Shown: positions 19,192-29,738, numbered from the stretch's first letter. The stretch: DNA of 64,000 nt from Candidatus Hydrogenedentota bacterium (GCA_963745075.1 CAVUWV010000011.1:96001-160000), one strand, 5' to 3'. Translations and numbers: made by a program. The notes: generated by a model not told the origin, from the sequence alone.

Positions 19192-20717
19192 TGGAAGAAC
19201 CGTCACGAGAGGATTTCCTATTTCCGCGAGCGTACCGGCGCATGGCCTTGGCGCTCCCGTGGGTGCTGCTTTTCATCGGCTTCACGCTCCGCACCGTCGA
19301 ATACATCCACGACAAAGCGATTTGGCTCGACGAAGCCCACGTCGCCCTTAACGTGCTCGAACGCGGGTACGCGGATCTCCTGAAGCCGCTGGATTACAAC
19401 CAGGCTGCTCCGTACGGCTTTCTGGTCGCCGAGCGGGCCATGGTCGACACGTTTGGCCCCAGTGAATACTCCTTGCGATACATCCCGTGGCTGGGCTCCA
19501 TTCTTGCCTTGCCGTTGTTTTGGATGTTTGCGAAACGGTTTCTGCGGTTCGAGGCAGCGCTGGTTGCGCTGGGCATATTCGCGCTGTCGCCCGGTGTCAT
19601 TCGCTATGCGTCCGAAGTGAAACCTTACGCGACGGACGTTGTCGCCACGCTGGTCCTCCTGTTGTTGGCGATGCGATGTCTTTCTCCAAAGGATGGAGTC
19701 AAATGGCTTCCCGCGCTCGCCGTTGCCGGCGCGGCTGCGCTGTGGTGTTCCTTCGCCAGCATTTTTGTGCTTGGGGGCGTGGGCATAACATTGGTCGCCG
19801 CCGCGCTTTCGGATCGTCGAGGATTGCGCTTCGCCGGAGTCGTACTTACCGGCCTCGCGTGGATTCTTAGCTTCGGCGTGTACTATCAGCTTTCCATCCG
19901 GTATACGGGCGGAAACGAAGTGCTCAAAGGCTGGTGGCGCGACACCTTCATGCCCCTTCCGCCAAATTCACTGGCCGATCTCAACTGGTTTGTCCGCACC
20001 TTCTTCGGCCTGTTCGACAATCCCGCGGGGATCCCCACGGTGGGAATCGGCGCGGTGCTGTATATCCTCGGCGCGCGGTCCCTGTTGTTTCGAGATAGGC
20101 TCATGTTGTTGCTGCTGCTGGCGCCGATTCTTGTGGCATTGCTCGCCAGCGGTCTGGAACGTTATCCGTTTACAGAACGCTTCTTGCTCTTCGCGGTTCC
20201 CCTGATTCTACCGGTAGTGGGGGAGGGTTTTGGCGTTCTGCGCAAACGTTCGCGCACTGCGCTGGTCCCAGTGGTCGTGCTCCTGGTGATGTTCGCTCAA
20301 CCTGCGATTGCAGGTTCGCGCACGCTGGTGAAGTCCGGCGTACCGCAGGGAATGCGTCCGGCGTATACGTTCCTGTTGAATCACTACCAAAAAGGCGACA
20401 CCGTTTATCTCTATTACTGGACGCTCGCGCCCCTACGTTACTGCATGCTACGCGACGGCGTCGACATTCCGTATCGCGCCGGGGTTACATCCCGTGCTGA
20501 CTGGAGCTACTACATCGCGGACATGGAACAACTGCTTGGCAACGAGCGCGTGTGGCTTGTCTTCACGAATACGCCGAAACCGCTCGTAGGAGAAGAGGAG
20601 AAGTTCTTCCTTACGTGGCTTGACCAACGCGGCACCCAGATCGACTCGATTCGCGCGCGCGAATCGAGCATCTATCTGTACGATCTGTCCGGTGTAGAAA
20701 GTGAATCGGGGCATTAG
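19191..20717 (+). CDS. GT-C fold membrane glycosyltransferase (GT39/PMT-like)
   Basis: WLDE in the first loop, YASEVKPY, many TM helices; start overlaps the upstream stop. Confidence 0.75.
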   Translation: MEEPSREDFLFPRAYRRMALALPWVLLFIGFTLRTVEYIHDKAIWLDEAHVALNVLERGYADLLKPLDYNQAAPYGFLVAERAMVDTFGPSEYSLRYIPWLGSILALPLFWMFAKRFLRFEAALVALGIFALSPGVIRYASEVKPYATDVVATLVLLLLAMRCLSPKDGVKWLPALAVAGAAALWCSFASIFVLGGVGITLVAAALSDRRGLRFAGVVLTGLAWILSFGVYYQLSIRYTGGNEVLKGWWRDTFMPLPPNSLADLNWFVRTFFGLFDNPAGIPTVGIGAVLYILGARSLLFRDRLMLLLLLAPILVALLASGLERYPFTERFLLFAVPLILPVVGEGFGVLRKRSRTALVPVVVLLVMFAQPAIAGSRTLVKSGVPQGMRPAYTFLLNHYQKGDTVYLYYWTLAPLRYCMLRDGVDIPYRAGVTSRADWSYYIADMEQLLGNERVWLVFTNTPKPLVGEEEKFFLTWLDQRGTQIDSIRARESSIYLYDLSGVESESGH

Positions 20718-20748
20718 TCGGGCGCTTTACACATTCTTAACCGGCTTT

Positions 20749-20859
20749 CTTGTACTCGTACTCGATATTGTTGCCTCAAATTGGGCAACGTCGGTTAGGT
20801 TTTTCGCGGGACCAATCCTATCGGTGCGCATCAAATCAGGATCGTCGAGCACGAGCGCG
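20749..20859. repeat. degenerate CTCGTACTCGA/TCGAGCACGAG inverted repeat between convergent genes
   Basis: Arms at 20749-20765 and 20845-20859; same hexamer-based style as 45947-46042. Confidence 0.45.
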
Positions 20860-20899
20860 GATTCAACGACATCGCAGCTTTTGCGAACCACGGAGGCGC

Positions 20900-21616
20900 C
20901 TACTTCACCTTCGGTCGATAGGCTTTCACAAGTTCCGGGTAATCCCGCAGGGCTTGGCGCCCGGTAGCGGTAATGCCATACACGCCCCGCTCGACGCGCT
21001 CGAACCAGCCATAGACGTTGTCGTACATAATCGACGTGGTCTTCGGACCAGTTCCTTCGGCGCGCAGTTCCCGCGGGGACATGGGGCCGCGCAGGTCCAG
21101 CAGGCACGCGATGTGGATGGCGCTTTCCCGGTAGGCCGTAACGAGCTTTCGTTGCGTGCTACCGCCCGTATTGAAATCGCCGGAACGCCCTTCCATTTCC
21201 TGCAACACCGCCCGTCGCGCGCGCTTCTGCTTCTTGCGGTCGAACGGCACCGGATGGAACACGATTTCGACCCGGGGCACGCGCGACCGGACCGTCACAA
21301 GAATCAACCCCAGTTCCAGCCGTCGCAGCACGTGGCGGATGCCTTTCCATTGTTTCGTCCATATTCCGCCGGGCGGCGCCGGCACGGCCACATACACGGA
21401 ATCGGTGATGCGCTGGCGCCGCGTGGCCTGCACCAATAGCGTCAGATTCACGGACCGCTTCAATTCGATGACGATCAGATCGTCGCCCTTCGCTGCGGTC
21501 ACGTCGCAGCCATTTACTTCCGCGCGCACGGTGTATCCCTGCTCGGTCAGATACTTTTGTAACGGCGGGTATAAATCCGTTTCCCGAATCGGCTTTAGTT
21601 TCGATACACCCAACAC
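20900..21616 (-). CDS. DUF2161 family putative PD-(D/E)XK phosphodiesterase
   Basis: RETDLYPP, VRAEVNGCDV, IELK, GDFNTGGST, LVTAYRE, DNVYGWFERVERGVY. Confidence 0.85.
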   Translation of the reverse strand: MLGVSKLKPIRETDLYPPLQKYLTEQGYTVRAEVNGCDVTAAKGDDLIVIELKRSVNLTLLVQATRRQRITDSVYVAVPAPPGGIWTKQWKGIRHVLRRLELGLILVTVRSRVPRVEIVFHPVPFDRKKQKRARRAVLQEMEGRSGDFNTGGSTQRKLVTAYRESAIHIACLLDLRGPMSPRELRAEGTGPKTTSIMYDNVYGWFERVERGVYGITATGRQALRDYPELVKAYRPKVK

Positions 21617-21642
21617 TGTCTCCGACGCCTGAAACGATCCTC

Positions 21643-23724
21643 TTACTCCGCCGCACGGCGCGCGTACATTTCTCCAAATACCGTCTTCGCCGCGTCCACC
21701 ATCTCGGGATACGGCGTGTCGACGACGTTTACGAATCCGATGTTGTAGTTCTCACCATCGTACCAACGGCCGGTCGTGGGCTCGTCCACGTACTGAAACC
21801 AATGGCACCCCACGAAGGCCGGATGATCGACCACGCTGCGCACGTATGTTTCAAAACTCTGCGCGCGGTCTTCCTGGTCTGCGGTGCCGACGAGTCCCGG
21901 ATGAAACATGCCACGATCCACCGCGCCGAAATGAAATTCGCCGATAAGGATGGGTTTTCCCAAGGCTTGGTCGCCGGCGTGAAAATCCGGCTTGATGCTG
22001 CGGTAATAGAGATTGAAACTCACCACGTCCGCCACATCGGCACAGGCGCGCACGACCGCATCCGGCGCCGACGCAAACCGGCACCCGAGATAAAGCAGGT
22101 GTGGCGATTCCCGCTTGATGGTGTCGTTTACCAGCGTGAAGTAGCGACGCGCAAAGGCGTAGACAAACGCCTCGAGATCGGCGTTGCACGCCGCGTTGGG
22201 CCGGTAGGGCACGCGTAACCCATCCCAATCGGGCGCGTTGGTGCCCCAGGCCGCGTTCAACGCGTCGAGCGATTCGTATTTCTGCTTCAGCATGTCCACT
22301 TGCGCCGCGCGACAAGGCTGGTCCGGTGGGCTGGCCAAGGTGCCCACGCGGATGGCCTCCCACGCCATCTCGTTGTCCGCGAACAAACCGATGCATCGCG
22401 GGTTATCCCCGTGACTCTTCGCGACCGGCCCGATTCCGGCTTCTACCGCTTTCGCAAAATCGCGATCGTACACATCCGGCATCTTGGCCCAGTAGCCGCC
22501 GCCTCCTTCGATACGCCGGAACGAACCGCGCACACCCGAATTCGCGACATAGGGCATGTTGCAGTGTTCGATCACGTCACCCTGCGACCAATTGCCGATC
22601 GTATTAAAACCCCAGGACCGCAATCGGCGGCAGGTTGTCTTGCGCCACTCCTCCGGCCAGTTTTCACCATACTTGCGCGCGAGATTCGCTGCATAGAATC
22701 CAAAGGTGCGCCCCTTGCCGCCGATGACGTCCGCCATGCTGTGCGCGCCGGATACGTTGCCGTACATGCGGCCGAAGACCGGGTCCTCGGGATCGGGCAG
22801 CCACTCGAACCACGAATCCCGCTTTTCGACAAAGGTCTGCGCCCATGTGCCGACGCAGTCCATTCCCATTGAAAGAAACAGATGTCCTTCCGGCGTGACG
22901 AACCACCACTTGCCGTCAATCTGCTCCGCGCGGAACCAACCGGTGGCGTCCCTTTGCGGTCCGTCCGCCCAACCACCGTAGGCATCGCGGCCGGGCAATG
23001 ACGGATTGGCGGTCAGCGCGTTATCTTCCTCACGGATGCGGTCCGCGAACTGCGCCTCGTTTGCGAGCTTACCCGGCCAAGTATCGTGTTTGTATTGGCC
23101 GAACCGGTCGATGAAGGGAAACGATACGCGGTCTGTGATTGATACGCGGCTTCCGTACAAGCGGAAATTGTCGAGTATGAGCGTGGCGGGTTCGTTCGGA
23201 CGTGGCAGGAAAACCTGGAACGCAGAAATCGTTGCGGGTTCGATGCTGTTCCCGCTGCCGACGGGTCCCACGATTGGTATCCCGCGCATACCCCAAAAGG
23301 GGCCGGCGGCTTTCGGCCCGAAATTGGTGCGTAATACGGTCGTCTTTCCCGGAAGCGCGGTTGCCTGTCCCGTGACGCTATGACTGGCGCCGTCGGTGCC
23401 CGGATTGTCCACGCGCATCGCCACGTTCACCGACTGGTCAGAAGGGTTGAACACGTCCACTTCAAGTCCTTCCGCGTTGCTCCAATCCCACATCCCGTCA
23501 GGTGCCGTGAAGAAGACGTTCGGCCAATCGACCACGTGGAATTCGACTTCGAGTGCTTCTCCACCCTCATGCTCGACAATCTTCGCGGCCGTGTCGTGCA
23601 TGACAAGGTTTTGAGGCAGATCCGGTCCATCGAACGTTTCGACAATCGTTTCATCCGCCGCAAACGCGACAAGTGCAGACAGCGGTAAACACAAAAGTGC
23701 GATGACTCGATAACTGCAAATCAC
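21643..23724 (-). CDS. secreted GH50-like (beta-agarase/beta-galactosidase-like) hydrolase with N-terminal CBM-like domain
   Basis: FIDRFGQY, ATGWFR, WWFVTPEG, WGFNTIGNWS, DNE, IGEFHFGA, GCHWFQY, DGENYNIGF. Confidence 0.8.
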   Translation of the reverse strand: MICSYRVIALLCLPLSALVAFAADETIVETFDGPDLPQNLVMHDTAAKIVEHEGGEALEVEFHVVDWPNVFFTAPDGMWDWSNAEGLEVDVFNPSDQSVNVAMRVDNPGTDGASHSVTGQATALPGKTTVLRTNFGPKAAGPFWGMRGIPIVGPVGSGNSIEPATISAFQVFLPRPNEPATLILDNFRLYGSRVSITDRVSFPFIDRFGQYKHDTWPGKLANEAQFADRIREEDNALTANPSLPGRDAYGGWADGPQRDATGWFRAEQIDGKWWFVTPEGHLFLSMGMDCVGTWAQTFVEKRDSWFEWLPDPEDPVFGRMYGNVSGAHSMADVIGGKGRTFGFYAANLARKYGENWPEEWRKTTCRRLRSWGFNTIGNWSQGDVIEHCNMPYVANSGVRGSFRRIEGGGGYWAKMPDVYDRDFAKAVEAGIGPVAKSHGDNPRCIGLFADNEMAWEAIRVGTLASPPDQPCRAAQVDMLKQKYESLDALNAAWGTNAPDWDGLRVPYRPNAACNADLEAFVYAFARRYFTLVNDTIKRESPHLLYLGCRFASAPDAVVRACADVADVVSFNLYYRSIKPDFHAGDQALGKPILIGEFHFGAVDRGMFHPGLVGTADQEDRAQSFETYVRSVVDHPAFVGCHWFQYVDEPTTGRWYDGENYNIGFVNVVDTPYPEMVDAAKTVFGEMYARRAAE

Positions 23725-23769
23725 AAAGTTACCCCGTGTTATGACCTTGGAAACAAGGTGCTATTCCTT

Positions 23770-25494
23770 CTACAAGAACGGCGTCGTGGGTTTTCCAAAG
23801 ACCTTCAGAAAGCGCACGATAAACTTCGCGCCGGACGGACCTTCTCCGCCGGGGAAGTTTCCCACGTTGCGATAGTGCTGGTAAAACGCCGGGTCCTTTG
23901 ATGAAATCGGCTCTTCGCCCGGACGCAATTCAAAGGCGCTGGTGCTCCGAATTGGCCAGAAATCCACCGGCGCGCGCGCCGACAATCGTTCGATCAACCG
24001 ATTGAGGTGGAAAAGCGGTAATCGGTTTTTTGCGATGGTCCAACTGTTGTCCGGCACCATGTCGCGCAACACGTTCATCTTGATTTCGGAGGCGATCTTT
24101 TCGTCCTGGATAATGAATCCGCCTTCGCTGTTTAGATAGAAAGAGCGAGGATCCAGGTTGAAGGTGCCTACGAAAACCGTGTCGTCGTCGAACACAAAGG
24201 TCTTGCTATGGATGCTCAGATACGGTTGACGCTTCTTCCCTTCGGCCTTTGCCCGCGCCGCGAGATCGGCCGCGTTCGGCAGGTATTCAAACAAGTCCCG
24301 CGGATAGGGTTTGTATTCGAAGACTTCCATCCCATGGTTCAACACCACGCGCGGTCGCAACCGGTAGTTCGTCGCGTAGGTGATGAGATGGTCCGCCGCA
24401 CCGTAACTGTTCGTCGATATGCGGACTCGCAAATCGGGGCTTGCCGCATTCACCTTCCGAAGGAATTTCGCGAGCCGGCGATTCACGATGACGTATGGGC
24501 TCTGGATGATGACTGATTCGTCGGCTTCGCAAAACAGCCGCATCATTTCATTGGTGACGCGACCGTTGTTCCATCGCTTGCTGAAAAACCGGCGGTTCTT
24601 GCGTCCTGGTGCGTCAGCCACGTAGGTCACACTGTCGGCCTCCGACAGCCGGTCGATAAACATGTCCCGGACCAGCTTCGGATTATTCGCGTCCGCGTCG
24701 AACCGGCGAAAATAGTCGTTGAAATAGATTTCGCGATGCGCCGGGATGTCTCGGTCCACCCCCTGGTCGAGATGCTTGGCGATATCCTTGAGGTCGTGGG
24801 TCCAGACCGAAAGCGGCGATTCCCAATACGCGTTGAACGAATCCGTCATTTCCTCGATTGCGGGCCCGATGACGTACACATCGCGGTCTTTGAAGTTGTA
24901 CCCGAGGGAATAATTGTAGTAGTTATTGCCGATGTTCCGGCCGCCGGAAATTCCCAGTGCGCCGTCGACGATGAATGTCTTGACGTGCATGCGCTGGTTG
25001 CTGCCCGACGGGAGGATGAGATCCAACAGCGCGTGGGGCAGCGGGGGGTTACCCATACCGCCGATAGGGCGATACAGCTTGATCTCGATGTTGGAGTTTA
25101 GCGAAGAGACAAAGGCCAACTCTTTCGGGTTCTTGTGCGCGCCGACGTGGTCCACAAGTATGCGGACCTTGACGCCACGCTCCGCGGCCTTGAGCAACTC
25201 GTACAACATAATCCGGGCGCACTCGTCGTTGGTCCAGATGTAGGTTTGAATATCGATGCTATGACGCGCGTTGCGGATGAGATGCAAGCGCAGGATCAGC
25301 GATTCGTCGCCCCGCTCGACGACGCCGGCGTAGTTTCCAGCGGAAGGATCGCCGCCGGAATCGGGCCAATGGTCGGCAACGAAGGTATGAAATGGAGATT
25401 CCTCGAGAAACGCGTTCGCGCCGGGGTCTGCTGCGGCAGGCAAGCACGCCACCAGGATTAGTACGAGACACGCGATGCGGATCGTATCTTGCAT
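23770..25494 (-). CDS. phospholipase D family protein (ClsC/YmdC-like), exported
   Basis: Two HKD motifs, RMHVKTFIVD and IHSKTFVFD; GGRNIG; GTFNLDPRS. Start moved to MQDTIR (signal-like). Confidence 0.85.
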   Translation of the reverse strand: MQDTIRIACLVLILVACLPAAADPGANAFLEESPFHTFVADHWPDSGGDPSAGNYAGVVERGDESLILRLHLIRNARHSIDIQTYIWTNDECARIMLYELLKAAERGVKVRILVDHVGAHKNPKELAFVSSLNSNIEIKLYRPIGGMGNPPLPHALLDLILPSGSNQRMHVKTFIVDGALGISGGRNIGNNYYNYSLGYNFKDRDVYVIGPAIEEMTDSFNAYWESPLSVWTHDLKDIAKHLDQGVDRDIPAHREIYFNDYFRRFDADANNPKLVRDMFIDRLSEADSVTYVADAPGRKNRRFFSKRWNNGRVTNEMMRLFCEADESVIIQSPYVIVNRRLAKFLRKVNAASPDLRVRISTNSYGAADHLITYATNYRLRPRVVLNHGMEVFEYKPYPRDLFEYLPNAADLAARAKAEGKKRQPYLSIHSKTFVFDDDTVFVGTFNLDPRSFYLNSEGGFIIQDEKIASEIKMNVLRDMVPDNSWTIAKNRLPLFHLNRLIERLSARAPVDFWPIRSTSAFELRPGEEPISSKDPAFYQHYRNVGNFPGGEGPSGAKFIVRFLKVFGKPTTPFL

Positions 25495-25631
25495 CAGGCG
25501 GGCGCGCAGGTTGCATCTCATCGCCGGCGCGCCGGGTACACGCAAAGAGGGTGCGGATGATTCGGTTGCCCCTGTGCTGCCATGAATCGCTCCAACTTCT
25601 CACCTTCGGCACGCCCAGTTCTTGAGCGTAC

Positions 25632-26513
25632 CTACTTCTTTAACATGCGCCCCGCCACGGCGTCCAATTGCTTCACCGTTTCCGGGTCCCGCGCGTCCGG
25701 CGCCGTAATCAACGCGTATTCCAACGCGGTCTGGCACCTTTGACCGCACGATGTCTTACCTTGCCGCAATTCAGACACCAGGCCCTTAATCAACGACCGG
25801 GCGTGTTCCGCATTGGATTGCAGCACGCCGATGATCTGCTCCACGGTCACATGATCGTGGTCTGGATGCCAGCAGTCGTAGTCGGTCACCATCGCCACCG
25901 TGGCGTAACAGATTTCGGCCTCGCGGGCCAGCTTGGCCTCGGGCATATTCGTCATTCCGATCACATCGCAGTTCCACTGGCGATACAGGTGCGACTCCGC
26001 CATGGACGAGAACTGCGGGCCCTCCATCACGAGATACGTCCCACCGCGTTCGGTTTTTACAGGCAAATCCTGCGCGGCCGCGTCGATACAGTCTCCGAGG
26101 TAGGAGCACACCGGATGCGCCATGGACACGTGGGCGACCATCCCCGTTCCGAAGAAACTTTTGTTACGCGCAAAGGTTCGATCGATGAATTGATCGACGA
26201 TGACGAAATCGCCGGGATGCAGGTTCTCTTTCAGCGAACCCACTGCGCTTACGGAGAGGATTTGCGTGACCCCGGCCCGCTTCATGGCGTCGATGTTCGC
26301 GCGGAAATTGATTTCGGACGGCGGGATCCGGTGGCCGCGTCCGTGGCGCGGAAGAAAGACGAGCAGCTCGCCCTCAAACTCGCCGAACAGCAGGTCGTCC
26401 GAGGGTTCGCCGAAGGGCGATTCGACCCGCTCCCACCGCCTATTCTCCAGTTCCGCAATATCGTAAACGCCGCTGCCGCCAATCACGCCAAGTAACGGTT
26501 TCTTCTCTGCCAC
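25632..26513 (-). CDS. mtnP: S-methyl-5'-thioadenosine phosphorylase
   Basis: GVIGGSG, PRHGRGH, MEGPQFSS, IGMTNMPEAKLAREAE, VTDYDCW. Confidence 0.93.
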   Translation of the reverse strand: MAEKKPLLGVIGGSGVYDIAELENRRWERVESPFGEPSDDLLFGEFEGELLVFLPRHGRGHRIPPSEINFRANIDAMKRAGVTQILSVSAVGSLKENLHPGDFVIVDQFIDRTFARNKSFFGTGMVAHVSMAHPVCSYLGDCIDAAAQDLPVKTERGGTYLVMEGPQFSSMAESHLYRQWNCDVIGMTNMPEAKLAREAEICYATVAMVTDYDCWHPDHDHVTVEQIIGVLQSNAEHARSLIKGLVSELRQGKTSCGQRCQTALEYALITAPDARDPETVKQLDAVAGRMLKK

Positions 26514-26527
26514 TGAATCTTCCTTTT

Positions 26528-27187
26528 CTAATCAGTTTTGTGTGTGTCAGGCCCAATCAATGCCCCGACCACATCCGACACCCGCTCCAGCACCTCGACC
26601 GCACCGGAAAAATCACATCCACGCGTGAGCGCCGTCGGAACAATGTAACAGTCGATCCCTGCGCCGCGGGCCGCGGTCAATCCGCGCATCGAGTCTTCCA
26701 CCACCACACAGGCTTCGGGAGGAAGGCCCAGCCGATCAAGGGCCACCTGATACGGTTCCGGGTCCGGTTTCGAACGACTATAGTCGCCGTTGGCCACAGT
26801 GAATTCAACCAACGGCAACATTCCCGTGCGCTGGTGAATGATGTCGAAGTGCTGTTTCTGCGAACTGGTGACGATCCCCATGCGGAACCTTCCGTGAAGA
26901 CGTTTCAAGGTATCGTACGAATCCGGCAGCAAGATGGGTTCCGTGGCTATCAACTCGGAGTAGCGCGCGTCCCGCGCCTTCTTGAGCGTAGCGACCTCGG
27001 TCTCGCTAACGCCTTGCTCGACGGCGAGGTGCCACGCCCCTTTTGCCTGGACGAGCAATAGCTCGCGGTACAGTTCTTCCGTGAGGTTCACCCCGACGGG
27101 GGCAAGGACTTCGCGTGTCGCCTGAAAGTACAAATGTTCGGTGTCCACCAGGATACCGTCATTATCCCAAAGTATCGCTTGCTTCAT
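26528..27187 (-). CDS. HAD-superfamily phosphatase
   Basis: DNDGILVD, VTSS, KPDP, VEDS. Confidence 0.9.
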   Translation of the reverse strand: MKQAILWDNDGILVDTEHLYFQATREVLAPVGVNLTEELYRELLLVQAKGAWHLAVEQGVSETEVATLKKARDARYSELIATEPILLPDSYDTLKRLHGRFRMGIVTSSQKQHFDIIHQRTGMLPLVEFTVANGDYSRSKPDPEPYQVALDRLGLPPEACVVVEDSMRGLTAARGAGIDCYIVPTALTRGCDFSGAVEVLERVSDVVGALIGPDTHKTD

Positions 27188-27209
27188 GTCTTCCCAGACT
27201 TGATAGGAC

Positions 27210-28301
27210 TTATCCCAGCGTTTCTTCCGCTAACCGGGCGAACTCGACCACGCGTTCATCCGGCGTGCCCGCATCGATATCCGCCATGACGATATCGCAG
27301 GGGCTCAAGTCCCGCCGGATGAGCGCGAGATCTTTGCGAAGTTCCTCCGTTGGCTTGTTTACGAGATCCGTCGGCGTGTACATGATCGCGCGCCGCGCAT
27401 TGGGACAGAGCCGCTTTGCCTTCGCCAGGTCCGACATGATTCCCATGTCTACATAGCCCAGCTTTTCAATTCGCGCATAGTCTTCGATATAGGGATCCAC
27501 GTTCCATGCGCAGTTATGGATGCCGAAGAACTCGAACGATTCCGATATTTTGCGGTCCCAGGGGAACACATGTTCACGGTACAACTCCGGCGATACCATA
27601 TTGACCACACAGTTGCTCAACGTGGCGTGCCGTACGACGAAGCCGGTTTCGGCCTGTCGCTCGTAAACCAACCGCATACCCGCGATCATGGTCTGCGTAA
27701 TCAGATCGAACAGGTGATTCGCCAGTTCGGGATTCATCATCAGATCCGAAAAGATCTCGGGTCCGCGAATGCGGAAGGCATTGTTCAAAACGCCCTGCCA
27801 GTTCAGATAGCCTTCAATCCGGCCAAACTCGCGTTCGATGACCTCCATCTGTTCGAGAATGTGACTCATCACGGGAACGCTCGGCAAATCCGGCACTTTC
27901 AGCGCCATGATGGCCTGTTCGCTCAAGTAGTCGTGTCGTGCCGCGGGCCAGTTGTCGGCGTAGTAGTCCGCGCCGATGCCGAAGATGAGCGCCATCGTCA
28001 GTGCACCATGAATGCCGTCGATCGTGGCCGGAGCGTTTTCCGGATCCGGGCCTCCCAACTGCAACGATGGAAACCGCCGGTTCAATTCCTTCCGCATTCT
28101 GACTACCGAAGCACGCCGCGCCATCGGGTCCAGATGCCATGGTTCCGAGAAGTCGATTTCGCAGGCTTCCCGGTACCATCGTGGCGTGAATCCGAACTCG
28201 ATACGCATGTCCGATTCCGTGCCGTCGCACGGAGCCCGCGTCGCAGGACATGCCGGCGCGATGTAGCTGCGGAGTTGGTGAGCGGTGGCTTTACTAATCA
28301 T
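27210..28301 (-). CDS. URO-D/methyltransferase-fold hypothetical protein
   Basis: NWQGVLNNAFRIRG, MVSPELYRE, IHNC, GTPDE resemble the uroporphyrinogen decarboxylase-like TIM barrel family. Confidence 0.6.
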   Translation of the reverse strand: MISKATAHQLRSYIAPACPATRAPCDGTESDMRIEFGFTPRWYREACEIDFSEPWHLDPMARRASVVRMRKELNRRFPSLQLGGPDPENAPATIDGIHGALTMALIFGIGADYYADNWPAARHDYLSEQAIMALKVPDLPSVPVMSHILEQMEVIEREFGRIEGYLNWQGVLNNAFRIRGPEIFSDLMMNPELANHLFDLITQTMIAGMRLVYERQAETGFVVRHATLSNCVVNMVSPELYREHVFPWDRKISESFEFFGIHNCAWNVDPYIEDYARIEKLGYVDMGIMSDLAKAKRLCPNARRAIMYTPTDLVNKPTEELRKDLALIRRDLSPCDIVMADIDAGTPDERVVEFARLAEETLG

Positions 28302-28539
28302 TGCGTTCCGTGGGGTGTTCTTGAGACTCAGCGTGTGTGCGCCATAACTTACCCTCGCGCGTCACTTCGCAATGCATGCACCCGCTGGTCTTCCCATCGA
28401 TGTTGTACCACTGGTGGGTTCCTCCAGCCGCTTCACCATCTTGACCTTTCCGGGCAACACCGAGGTCAATCATCCACCATGGAATGCGCATTCGGATCCA
28501 TGTTCTCCAACGGTACGGTCCTGTGGAGTCGGTTTGCAC
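28294..28539 (-). CDS. small (81 aa) Trp/Cys/His-containing hypothetical protein
   Basis: GGAG upstream of GTG at 28539; MQTDSTGPYRWRTWIRMRIPWWMIDLGVARKG...HQWYN...GCMHCEV; stop overlaps the start of the next gene. Confidence 0.5.
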   Translation of the reverse strand: MQTDSTGPYRWRTWIRMRIPWWMIDLGVARKGQDGEAAGGTHQWYNIDGKTSGCMHCEVTREGKLWRTHAESQEHPTERND

Positions 28540-28570
28540 TATGGAATATGCTCCGTTCTTCTCTCGGTTC

Positions 28571-28604
28571 GTCCATGCCCGTCCGTGCGAGTCCGTGCTT
28601 GTCC
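28571..28604. repeat. 10-nt period GTCCRTG tandem repeat
   Basis: gtccatgccc gtccgtgcga gtccgtgctt gtcc, just downstream of a stop codon. Confidence 0.5.
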
Positions 28605-28613
28605 CCAGCCGGC

Positions 28614-29702
28614 CTACTGCTGAATATGCGCGAGCGCGTAGATGATCCCCGCCACGATCGGCGTCGCGACGATGATCGCCAGCGCGATCTTGACCCAACT
28701 CCACGGCCGTTCGCCCTGGACTTCTCCCGTGCGCGCGTTGACCAGGAACCGAAATGCCTTGCCCCGGTACCGGTACGCGCTGATCCAGACCGGCAACAGG
28801 ATGTGTTTGAACGTAATGTTGTCGTACCGGCACCGCATGGTGCTGATGCGCTGGTGGTCGCCGCCAATATCCCGGCAGATCGTTCCGCGGATGGTGGGTT
28901 CCATCAATTGCTTCGCCCGCACGAACCCTTCCGGCAAATCCACCTGGTAACTCTCCGCGCGAAAACCGCTGAGGAATTCGTCCTTGTATGGAACGAGATT
29001 GTTCAAGTCCCACGGTTCCAGTTTCTCCGCGTACTTCCGGGGCAGCGACTGACTCGCCACCACCAGCACGTCATCAAAGCTGTTCTGCACCACGCCGCTG
29101 ACTGAACGCCAGCGCGTTCGCCGTACCTGCCGCGTTCGCTGTACGGAGCGCCCGTTCACGGTCGTTGTGTAGTGCTCCGTGGTCCAGTAATCGTCGCCGC
29201 GCTGTCCGTGGTATTGGGTGGTCACGAAACAGTCGTAAGTCCAGTACGGCGTGTACATGCCGTTGATGGGGCTGTCCTGCCGGGCGAGACGTTTCAGCGC
29301 GTTCGGTGCGAACCAGAGGCTGCGAATCCACTTCTTGAATAAGTCGCGTGCCTGTGCCGTCGTCACGTGGAAGGAGAGCAGCGCTTTGGGCTTCAGCAGC
29401 TTGCGCGAACTCTCCGTCGCAACGATGTTGGCGCCACAGAACGGGCATTCGGCCGAGGTGACGTTGGGTTGCCGTGTGGATTCCGCGCCGCAGGACGTGC
29501 ACTTAATTGTGATGCGTTCCTGGACTTCCTCATGCCCCATCGCATCGCGCAGAAAGGAGTCATAGTCCAACTCTTCGATGGGCGTCGAGTCGACGTGAAT
29601 GGGATTCTCGTGCCCGCAATACGGGCACACTTGGGCGTCTGCCCCCGGCTGAAATTCCAGGTTCGCCCCGCACTGTGCACATGGAAAAGTGGCCTGCGTC
29701 AC
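28614..29702 (-). CDS. zinc-ribbon membrane protein (YdjG-like) partnered with SPFH protein
   Basis: Four CxxC pairs (CAQCG, CPYCG, CTSCG, CPFCG); HILLPVW; VNARTGEVQGERP; C-terminal TM. Confidence 0.8.
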   Translation of the reverse strand: MTQATFPCAQCGANLEFQPGADAQVCPYCGHENPIHVDSTPIEELDYDSFLRDAMGHEEVQERITIKCTSCGAESTRQPNVTSAECPFCGANIVATESSRKLLKPKALLSFHVTTAQARDLFKKWIRSLWFAPNALKRLARQDSPINGMYTPYWTYDCFVTTQYHGQRGDDYWTTEHYTTTVNGRSVQRTRQVRRTRWRSVSGVVQNSFDDVLVVASQSLPRKYAEKLEPWDLNNLVPYKDEFLSGFRAESYQVDLPEGFVRAKQLMEPTIRGTICRDIGGDHQRISTMRCRYDNITFKHILLPVWISAYRYRGKAFRFLVNARTGEVQGERPWSWVKIALAIIVATPIVAGIIYALAHIQQ

Positions 29703-29738
29703 ACCCTGCCCCTATGAATGCTGGTGTTTCCCTTACTA

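Noticed and set aside
20900..21616. DUF2161 nuclease-fold gene as a defence or restriction system
   Set aside because: Solitary, with no methylase or partner gene and host-like composition.
27516..29105. 529-aa plus-strand ORF, and similar long antisense ORFs at 16813-18231, 30971-32260 and 7803-8936
   Set aside because: Shadow ORFs opposite real genes, expected in GC-rich DNA; no motifs.
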